The translations under genes were made by a program, and so were the position numbers. The notes under the pieces are model-generated. The model was not told where the DNA came from. It was given only the letters and a program-made list of their open reading frames with translations, and made no database searches. 64,000 nucleotides of DNA from Thecamonas trahens ATCC 50062. Taxonomy: Eukaryota > Protista > Apusomonadida. The DNA lies in the NCBI RefSeq assembly GCF_000142905.1, contig NW_013657628.1, forward strand, positions 236,267 through 300,266, written 5' to 3'. Below, in pieces: positions 56,296 to 64,000 of this stretch; the first letter of the stretch is position 1; the number at the start of each line of letters is the position of its first letter.

Positions 56296-56922
56296 GGAGG
56301 GGGTGGGTGGGAGGGGGTTGTGGGCATTGGGTCTAGATTGCATGCGGTTGGTGGCTTCGATGAGTCAACGAAANNNNNNNNNNNNNNNNNNNNNNNNNNN
56401 NNNNNNNNNNNNNNNNNNNNNNNNNNNNNNNNNNNNNNNNNNNNNNNNNNNNNNNNNNNNNNNNNNNNNNNNNCCAATCTCTGGAATCAACCTAAGAGGC
56501 GTGGGGTCCTTGTGTGTGTGTGTGTGAGGAGGGGGTGTAGGGAGGGGTGAGAGAGGGCATGTCGGTTGGTTTTTGGCGGGGTGATGGGGGAGGGGGATGG
56601 GGGGGAATGCAAATGGAGTAGGTAGAGGAGGGGTATGTGGTGGTGGAAGGGAAGTCGCTCTGTTAGTTGAGTGTCATAGGGTGGCGTGGGTAGTGGAAGG
56701 GTTCCGTGTGTCTGTGCGGTTGGCGACAAAGTGCGGGAAAGAGTCATTGAGTCAATGACACGTCGTTGTCAATATTTTTGGGGGGAAGGGCACTTGGCAG
56801 GAAGGGGCTTGAATGAGCGCGGATAGTCGGCGTACGAGGTAGAGACGGAACAGGGAGGGGGAGGAGGGGGTGGGTGGGAGGGGGGTTATGGGCATTGGGT
56901 CTAGATTGCATGCGGTTGGTGG
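56296..56922. repeat. ~59-bp direct repeat pair (56296-56354 and 56863-56922) upstream of the giant adhesin
   Basis: GGAGGGGGTGGGTGGGAGGGGGTT(G/A)TGGGCATTGGGTCTAGATTGCATGCGGTTGGTGG occurs twice, on either side of a 100-N gap. Confidence 0.85.
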
Positions 56923-58400
56923 GTTGGGCGGAGGAGGGGGGGGCAATGACAGAGCGCAGCGGATTGACTGGATGGATCTGCTACGTTCGTTGACCATAAA
57001 TTAGATGACAGGGAGGCTTCATGTCTCAACCATGTAGGCTCTGGTGCAGACAAGCAAGCAAGTCATGTGAGAGCATCACATATTGGTATAGTACAGATAG
57101 TTCAGCGTGTGTAATTTGGAGGTGGTGGCAGGTTTCTGCAGCGTGTAAGGCCTCATAACACGTGCCGGACGAGCCCCGGTACAGACTCAACAAACGATTG
57201 CTTCAAGTAGAGCTTTGCAAGCCTTGCCAATATCCACACGTCGACGTCAGTACACCGTCATCGCAAACCAGTTGTTGTCAGAGTCGTCGACAATGCAAAG
57301 CGAGCGAGAGGTTTCGTTGACAGTGGAGCGCGGCTTGCGTTTGGTGTCCGTTGGCTGCCATGTCGGCCGTATCATCATTGATGACTGGGGCCGATGAAGG
57401 TCGCACAAGGCGCTAGGAGTGATGCGAGGAGATCAGCGAGGCGCTGATGGTAGAGAGAGGGAGAGAGAGGGAGAAGGACTGCTCGTGGTGTCTATCTGGC
57501 GGTCGCTGGTTGTTGCTCGGTCAGCGCGCCGGCCAACGCTTTGTCCAGGCGGTGAGGGGGGGGGCTTCTATCAGGTAGATAAGGGAGATGGGTAGCATTA
57601 CGGAGATCATACTTTTGCTACAGGTTGTCCTTGGGTCTGTTCATGGTTGTAGCTGGTTTCGTGGGGTCAGGTTGAGTATTTCTCTAGTGATGGTGGTTAT
57701 AGGGGGGCTGTGCGGTGAGATGGTATGATCACTCGTCAAAAGTGTCGCCTGATGATAACTATGTCACCGCAATTGGGTTGTCGATTGCGCGCCAGCTGGG
57801 AAAAGACGAGCTCGTTCGGACGGTTGTATGGCCGTATGGCACTGTCGTGTGCATGGACATGCGTACGAGCGGCATGTGAGGTGGTAGGTGTGGTGGGATT
57901 CTTGATCTATGTAGCAATATGTAAGATCGGAGTGTGCAGGCAGCAGGAGCCTTAGCGAGATCGACTGGCCGATGGCCGAGCGGAGAAGGTGCGAACATTC
58001 CAAAGACCGAGCTCGAGAAGTGTGTATGTAGGGCAGTGGAGTCAAAGCTTGTCGTCCGCTCTTGATCCCGATCGTATCGACGAGCATGTTTGTCGTGACG
58101 GCGAGGGCCGTCCATTGCGACGACGGGCACATCCTTCACGCACATCGTCCATGGCATCGGAATGGCAGTGGTAAGTTGAATGGCAGCTGGAGAGCTTGTG
58201 GTCATCTGTTACGCGATGGCAAGGCCAGAGGCAACAACGTCCGACAGAAATTCAGCGCACGCGCAGGCAACGTGGCACAAACTCCCGCCGCTGCCACTGC
58301 CCAGCTCCACCGCCCACGGCCCGCTTCCCCCGCGCTCATGGTCGGTGTGTGGCAAGAGCTCGCGTGAGAGGTACACAGCACTCTGAAGACAACGACTAGC

Positions 58401-60005
58401 ATGAAGAAGTCGACGATGCTGTACATCAACGTTGTGGCCGTTATGGTGGTCTTGGCTATGGTGACGCCAGCCTTTGGCTTGGAGATGCCCCTCGACGACT
58501 CGGCGGGGAGCAAGCGAGTGACATCTTGGGCAATGGCTGGCAATGGCCTTTTTTCGCACGCTGCTGGAGCAGGTGGAGCACCGGGTGGAGCGGATGGAGC
58601 TTGGCCTGTTGCGGGAGATCAGGGGCCTGTGTACGATACGATGTGGTTTGATCAGATTCTGGATCACTTTGAGTTTACCGTCGAGGCATCGATGACCTTC
58701 AAGCAGCGGTACTTGGTCTCGACCAAGCATTTCAACGCCTCGCGCCCGGCGATCTTCTTCTACACCGGCAACGAGGGCCCGATCACTGGCTTTGCTGGCA
58801 ACCTTGGGCAGATCTGGGAGAACGCTGCCGATCTCGGCGCCGCTGTGATCTTTGCCGAGCATCGTTACTACGGCGAGACCCTGCCGTTTGGCGAGGCCAC
58901 GTTCAACACCACCGAGAACCTCCGCTGGCTCACTTCGGAGCAGGCTCTCTCCGACTACGTTCTGCTCATTGCTGCACTCAAGGATCCGGCATCGAGCCAC
59001 TATCTCGGGCAGGGCGCCGAAAACGCCGCGGTCATCACGTTTGGCGGCTCCTACGGCGGCCTACTCTCGGCCTACATCCGGATCAAGTACCCTGGCGTCG
59101 TTGCCGGTGCTGTTGCCTCGTCGGCGCCCATCTGGCTGTTCCCCGAGACGCAGCCGGCCGGCGGCTTCCTCGGTTGGGTGACCAAGACGTTCACGGCGCA
59201 GTGCCCTCAGTCGATCAAGCCCATTCGGTCGACATGGGAGACGATGCTGCAGATGGCGGCGACGCCTACCGGGCTCAAGCAACTCTCGTCAACCTTTTCG
59301 CTCTGCCAGCCGCTCTCCTCGCTGGCGCAGATGGAGGCTGGCCTGTGGATGCGGATCGAGGCCGCGCTCATCTACCTTGCCATGGCTGACTACCCGTACC
59401 CGGTCGACTACTTTGGTCCGCTTCCGGGCAACCCGGTGGAGACGGTCTGCCCGTTCTTTGACGGCGTGGGCACCGGCGACGACGCGGTGGAGGCGCTCGC
59501 CTCGGCTGTTGCCCTCTTCTACAACTACACCGGTGAGGGCGGCGAGTGCTTTGCGCTCTCGGCCACGCCGGGCGACTTTTCGCTCAACCAGATGCGGGCG
59601 TGGAACTACCAGTTCTGCACCGAGATGACGCTGGCTGAGCTCGGCTCCAACGGTGTGACCGACTTTTTCTACCCGGCGCCGCTGGATCTCAAGGCCTTTG
59701 CGGCGGCGTGCGCCCAGCTGTACCCGGGCATTGTGACCCGGCCAGACTGGGTCTCGGCGACGTACACGTCCAAGCCGCTGCGCGGCGCGTCGAACATTGT
59801 CTTTGCCAACGGCCTGCTCGATCCTTGTACCTCGGGCTCGCCGATGGTCGACCAGGGCCCTTCGGTCGTCGCACTCAACATTGCCGACGCCGCCCACCAC
59901 TTTGACCTGTTTGGCTCGAACCCGGCCGACCCGCAGTCGGTCATCGACGCCCGCATCGAGGAGCGAGAGTACATCGTTCAGTGGATCGCCGAGTGGCTTG
60001 CGTAG
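58401..60005 (+). CDS. PRCP: Lysosomal Pro-X carboxypeptidase / DPP7-like serine peptidase, family S28
   Basis: Signal peptide; FDQILDHF, TFKQRY, IFFYTGNEG, FAEHRYYG, LTSEQALSDY, FGGSYGG (Ser), SSAPI, AMADYPYP, NIVFANGLLDP (Asp), AAHHFDL (His). Confidence 0.95.
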   Translation: MKKSTMLYINVVAVMVVLAMVTPAFGLEMPLDDSAGSKRVTSWAMAGNGLFSHAAGAGGAPGGADGAWPVAGDQGPVYDTMWFDQILDHFEFTVEASMTFKQRYLVSTKHFNASRPAIFFYTGNEGPITGFAGNLGQIWENAADLGAAVIFAEHRYYGETLPFGEATFNTTENLRWLTSEQALSDYVLLIAALKDPASSHYLGQGAENAAVITFGGSYGGLLSAYIRIKYPGVVAGAVASSAPIWLFPETQPAGGFLGWVTKTFTAQCPQSIKPIRSTWETMLQMAATPTGLKQLSSTFSLCQPLSSLAQMEAGLWMRIEAALIYLAMADYPYPVDYFGPLPGNPVETVCPFFDGVGTGDDAVEALASAVALFYNYTGEGGECFALSATPGDFSLNQMRAWNYQFCTEMTLAELGSNGVTDFFYPAPLDLKAFAAACAQLYPGIVTRPDWVSATYTSKPLRGASNIVFANGLLDPCTSGSPMVDQGPSVVALNIADAAHHFDLFGSNPADPQSVIDARIEEREYIVQWIAEWLA

Positions 60006-60036
60006 TGTAGTCACCGGAGACGATAAAGCTGCCGTT

Positions 60037-61389
60037 TTACTCCTCGTCGTCCGACGATGACGCCGACATGTGGATGACGTCGGCATTGGGCGCCGCACTC
60101 GTGTTGACCGGCGGCGGGAGGACAAGCGGCTTGCGACCAGAAGGCCCGGCGGGTGCAGGCGGGAGCGGTTGCTGTGGCGTAAGGAGCGACTGCGGCGGCT
60201 GCGGGAGGAGCGACGGCGGCGGAGCCGAAGGCGTGCCCGTCGGCGAGAGTTCGACATAGTCGTCGGCGCGGAGCGCAGGCGAGTCGATGCCCAGCAGGGC
60301 AAGCAGGGCCACCGTCTGCGGCGAGCCCGGGTGGTAGACGCCGCCGGCAAAGGGGTCGACGCGGACAAAGTTTGCTGGAATCGCGAGCGAGCCGTTGGCG
60401 GCAACAATAGCGTCGCGCATGGCGGTGACGGCGTCGGCGGATGGCTGATCCGGGAGCGAGGTCGGCAACTGCGTCCGAGCCGAGGTAAAGTTCATCAGCG
60501 GGTACGTCTCCTTGAGCGCCGCCATCCACAGCGGGTCGTAGCACAGCGCATTGGCCTCGCTCGGGTGGGCCGGCTCAAACGGAGTTGTGGGCTCGACGTC
60601 GACAACCTGCAGAAAGTCGCCACCGGGCCGGATCTTGTCCAGGGCCAGGAACTTGGTCTTGGCACCCGAGGCGTGGGTGTGGATGGCTGGGTACTTGACG
60701 TGCATGTGGGCCGCGAACCAGTACTTGGGCTCGAGGGTGTCGAGCAGGTCGGCCAGCGGCGGCGAGCCGAACGAGCCGTCGGCAATCTCCTTACGGAGGA
60801 AAGACTTGATGCGGAGGAGCTCATCGAGATCGCCCTTAAGGGCAATGCCGGTCGGCCAGTCGTGAGAGACAAAGACGTCGATGTCGGCGTGGCGCAGGGC
60901 CTTAAGCTGGAAAACCTCGATGGAGCGGGTGTGGTAGGCGGAGCGGAGCGAGGACGAGTTGTAGGGCGGGATCTCAAAGTGGCCCTTGTGGTAGTCATGC
61001 GACTTGTAGATGCCCGAGATACCGGCGATGCGGATGCCATTGAAGGAGACAGCGCCAGCAGCGCCAAGATAGTACATATTAGGCGCGATCCAGCCACCGT
61101 GAAAGACTTCTCGAAGATGAGAAGAAGCCTCATGATTTCCACCAACAAAGAGAAGCGGAACAGATGCAAGAGACGTGCCCGAGTAGTAGTTGTGAAAGGT
61201 GTGCATGGCGCGGAACTTGGGCGGACAGGAGAGCGAAGCCAGATCATCCATAGATCGCACAGCTTGAAAATCTCCGCAACAAACAATCAAATCAACCTCG
61301 GTTGAATGATGACTCGCCAGGTGGTCCACCGCGTCGTACAGCCGAGCCACTTCGCCATGGACACAGCCAATGATAGCCAGCTTCACCAT
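60037..61389 (-). CDS. DBR1: RNA lariat debranching enzyme
   Basis: GCVHGE, CCGDFQAVR, CPPKFR, FVGGNHEAS, GGWIAPNMYYLG, RSAYHTR, SHDWP, WFAAHMHVKY, TKFLALDK. Confidence 0.96.
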   Translation of the reverse strand: MVKLAIIGCVHGEVARLYDAVDHLASHHSTEVDLIVCCGDFQAVRSMDDLASLSCPPKFRAMHTFHNYYSGTSLASVPLLFVGGNHEASSHLREVFHGGWIAPNMYYLGAAGAVSFNGIRIAGISGIYKSHDYHKGHFEIPPYNSSSLRSAYHTRSIEVFQLKALRHADIDVFVSHDWPTGIALKGDLDELLRIKSFLRKEIADGSFGSPPLADLLDTLEPKYWFAAHMHVKYPAIHTHASGAKTKFLALDKIRPGGDFLQVVDVEPTTPFEPAHPSEANALCYDPLWMAALKETYPLMNFTSARTQLPTSLPDQPSADAVTAMRDAIVAANGSLAIPANFVRVDPFAGGVYHPGSPQTVALLALLGIDSPALRADDYVELSPTGTPSAPPPSLLPQPPQSLLTPQQPLPPAPAGPSGRKPLVLPPPVNTSAAPNADVIHMSASSSDDEE

Positions 61390-61510
61390 GTTGGAACACT
61401 TCCTCACTGATGCGTAGCTGACCGAGCTGTGTCTTGTCCTGAAATGCGCAAACGTTGTCGGTCTTTGCCGGAGGGCGGGGCGAAAGGTGGCGCGGAGTGA
61501 GTGCGGTGCC

Positions 61511-61627
61511 GTCGGTCGGTCGGTCGGTCGGTCGGTCGGTCGGTCGGTCGGTCGGTCAGTCGGTCAGTCGGTCGGTCGGTCGGTCGGTTGGTCGGTCGGT
61601 CGGTCGGTCGGTCGGTCGGTCGGTCGG
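61511..61627. repeat. (GGTC)n tetranucleotide microsatellite upstream of DBR1
   Basis: About 29 near-perfect units read directly. Confidence 0.95.
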
Positions 61628-61906
61628 TTGCGAGCCGCCAGCCAACCAGTCGCCAGCTGGCAGACCACCGGCCGACCAACCCACCGGCTGCCTGCTCGCG
61701 ACTGCTCTAGATCAAACTTGTATTGGCTCGGCTCGGTCTCGCGCTTGCCTGATTGCTTGCTTGACCGACTGATGGCTTTGGTTGGACGAGTAATGGGTGG
61801 GCATGGTCTGATTTAAGTTGCTGGCGCACCATGGCTCTGGCCTTTGACAGCGACAGCGGCCGAGTTTACTGCGGCCGGGTTTCTCAGCCGTCCAGGATGG
61901 GCGGTG

Positions 61907-63208
61907 TTACGTGGCGCCGTGAGCGCTGGCGAGTGGCGGGGCGGTAGCGATAGGCGGCTGCTGGGTGACGGTATGGGCGTCGGCAAGCGCGCGGATGTCG
62001 TATATGAGGCGCGCGGCACGCGAGTCGAGGTTGGCGACAGCGACACGGGTCGCCTCAGCGGCGGCAGCAGTGTCGGGCGTCGGACCAAGCTCGGAGAGGC
62101 GCAGAGGCTCGGGCTCGGGCTCGGGCTGTTGTTGGCGCGGCGGGAAAAGCGGGGCTGGTTCACGCGGTTGAGCCGTCTCAGATGGCGACGATGGCGGCGG
62201 GAGAGGCGAAGACGGAGAGGCTGGTGGCGAGGACGATGCCTGCGACTCTGACTGCGGCGATGGCGGGGGTGTGTCCTCCAGATCGCGGCCGTGCTGCTCC
62301 AACGAGGCGAATATGTCTTCGAGAATGGACTGGGTGGCACGACGCTCGGCATCAAGCCGCTGCGTCAGCGCCACCACCGAGGCCGAGCGAGGGCCATCTG
62401 CGCGCAGCGAGGCATTATCGGCAGCAAAACGCACCCGCTTTCCGGTGCCTCGCGGGAGATGTAGACTCTGAGACGTCGAGGCATGCGGGACCAGCGGACT
62501 GCCGGTCTCGGGCGGCGTTGCGGGCGCAGGCGAGGCAGCCGACAGACTCGGCTGCTTTGAGAGAAGATCCGGGCCTGTAGCATCATAGAAAGCGTGATAC
62601 GGCGCGACTGTGAGTGATGCGGCAGGCGCAAGGGGCTCGGTGATCGAGACCGGATCGATGGCTACGGTGTCGTCGCGGAGCTCCAGCCCTGCGGCGCGAC
62701 GCTGAAAGTGCTCCAGCGTCCATGCAACAAGGGCGCGATCATGGACCGAGTCAAAGAGAAGAAGAAAGTCGAGGGTCTCGGGATCCGACGGACTCCCAAG
62801 CCAAGGATGGGCAAGCTTGCCCGTGGCGACCGAGAGCATGCCGACAACCTTTGGCGCGAGCGCAGCGATGGGATAGGCGAGAGCCGACCTCGGTGGATCC
62901 TGGTTAAAAGCATGGACCACAGGCGGAGATGTGGCCATGGGTCCAACAGCGAGAGCAGTGTAGCCATTCTCGCACCTCTCGACAAGCGATCCGGTGTCAA
63001 CAAGGCCACCACCGATGGAGGGAACGAGCAAAGCGAGTCGAGCCGTATCGACACGCAGGCGGCCAGGGATGCCGAGCGAGCCAAGCGAGGCAGAGTGCGG
63101 AGTGACCGGTTGGTTAGGGTCAAGGATGATGACAGGAAGGTCAGCTGAGCTCTGTTCTGCTATGCTTCGTTGTGCTTTGTGTACGGTAAAGGTGCTGAGT
63201 GTGGACAT
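61907..63208 (-). CDS. Hypothetical protein (globular N-half, Pro/Ser-rich region, short coiled coils); may have upstream exons
   Basis: 433-aa ORF with GCCACCGCCATG context; a candidate acceptor CTGCAG lies near 63273 after a C-rich tract. No family recognised. Confidence 0.55.
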   Translation of the reverse strand: MSTLSTFTVHKAQRSIAEQSSADLPVIILDPNQPVTPHSASLGSLGIPGRLRVDTARLALLVPSIGGGLVDTGSLVERCENGYTALAVGPMATSPPVVHAFNQDPPRSALAYPIAALAPKVVGMLSVATGKLAHPWLGSPSDPETLDFLLLFDSVHDRALVAWTLEHFQRRAAGLELRDDTVAIDPVSITEPLAPAASLTVAPYHAFYDATGPDLLSKQPSLSAASPAPATPPETGSPLVPHASTSQSLHLPRGTGKRVRFAADNASLRADGPRSASVVALTQRLDAERRATQSILEDIFASLEQHGRDLEDTPPPSPQSESQASSSPPASPSSPLPPPSSPSETAQPREPAPLFPPRQQQPEPEPEPLRLSELGPTPDTAAAAEATRVAVANLDSRAARLIYDIRALADAHTVTQQPPIATAPPLASAHGAT

Positions 63209-64000
63209 GGCGGTGGCCCCCCCTTCTCTGGCTCGTCAAGTGTTGCCGCCAAAACGGACAGAGGTGAGTCACCTGCAGTTGCGGCGAAGTCGACGCGGAA
63301 ATGAGCCGAGGTCGATGGGTATGGATGACGGCGATATTGGTACTGGTGCTAGTGTGTGATGGATGATGACCGTGAGTGTGGTCGTGGGTTGTGTAGCTGG
63401 TGGTGGATGGGCGCAAGGTGGTGATGAAGGTCGCCTGATCGGGCGAGCGGGCGGCGGCTGGTGGTCGGCGAGGCAGGGCGAGCAGAGGGGGCGGGATCGG
63501 GGCTGGGTGGCTTGAGAATGCTGTTGGTTGGTAGATGAGGAGTATGGCATGTGATGGTTGAGGGGTGGCGGTGTCGGGGTTGGGAATGAGGATCAGGGTG
63601 AGATGGAGTGAGGAGGGGAGGAGAAGGAGGAGAGGAGGAAGCGGGGTGCGCGATGGGATGGTGGTGGGCATGGCCATGGCATGTGGGTAGGGGTTGTGGT
63701 TGGGATGGACGTAATGGTGGTGGAATACGGGGTGATGGATGTGACGGGCGATCCCAACCAGACGATGCCGTCGGGCTCTGCGGTGAGAGTGTGAAAGGTG
63801 GGCTGGCTCTCAAACGAGTCGATGTGATGCGGGTGGAGGCGGAGGGTGGGGGGGGGGGGGGGGGGGGCGAAGAACCAGTAGGAGGGAGGGGACGAGACGG
63901 TGGTGGCGTGGTGGCGTGGAGGATGTAGCCGGTTGGGGTAGGGTGCCACTGGACCGTGTCGTATGAGAATGCGCGAGAGATCAGGACAGACAGCTGGCCA

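Noticed and set aside
57725-58400. Short ORFs upstream of PRCP
   Set aside because: No recognisable motifs and codon use unlike the neighbouring genes.
1-64000. rRNA, tRNA, snRNA, telomeric repeats, Sec/stop-codon recoding
   Set aside because: None recognised by eye, and conserved genes end at expected positions under the standard code. A tRNAscan/Infernal run is needed to exclude small RNAs.

Overview
GC-rich, gene-dense eukaryotic draft-assembly DNA with 8 N gaps. Composition, sparse long 5'-biased spliceosomal introns and gene content suggest a heterotrophic protist; an apusomonad such as Thecamonas is my guess, not shown by the sequence. About 17 protein genes: SDHA (5'-truncated), a CPSF6/7-like RRM protein, a UBR-box protein, mitochondrial ribosomal protein mS33, a USP4/11/15-like deubiquitinase, a bacterial-looking TfoX/YjbR-like protein, a stand-alone PARP-type zinc finger, an ankyrin-repeat protein, a formin with an apparent N-terminal RRM, two long coiled-coil proteins, prolylcarboxypeptidase (S28), DBR1 and hypotheticals. 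The most notable region is 31.5-60 kb. Three co-oriented minus-strand genes encode a GT61 glycosyltransferase, an FG-GAP propeller / Ser-Pro stalk / Cys-rich / ~9-TM receptor-like protein, and a >5000-aa single-pass Calx-beta repeat adhesin with bacterial-type N-terminal modules. A divergent secreted Pro-X carboxypeptidase lies next to them. I read this as a candidate Ca2+-dependent, proline-rich glycoprotein adhesion locus (inference). Two frame-breaking tandem duplications (581 and 851 bp) are probably haplotype mis-joins. No rRNA, tRNA, CRISPR or transposase was recognised. All domain calls are by eye; no searches were run.
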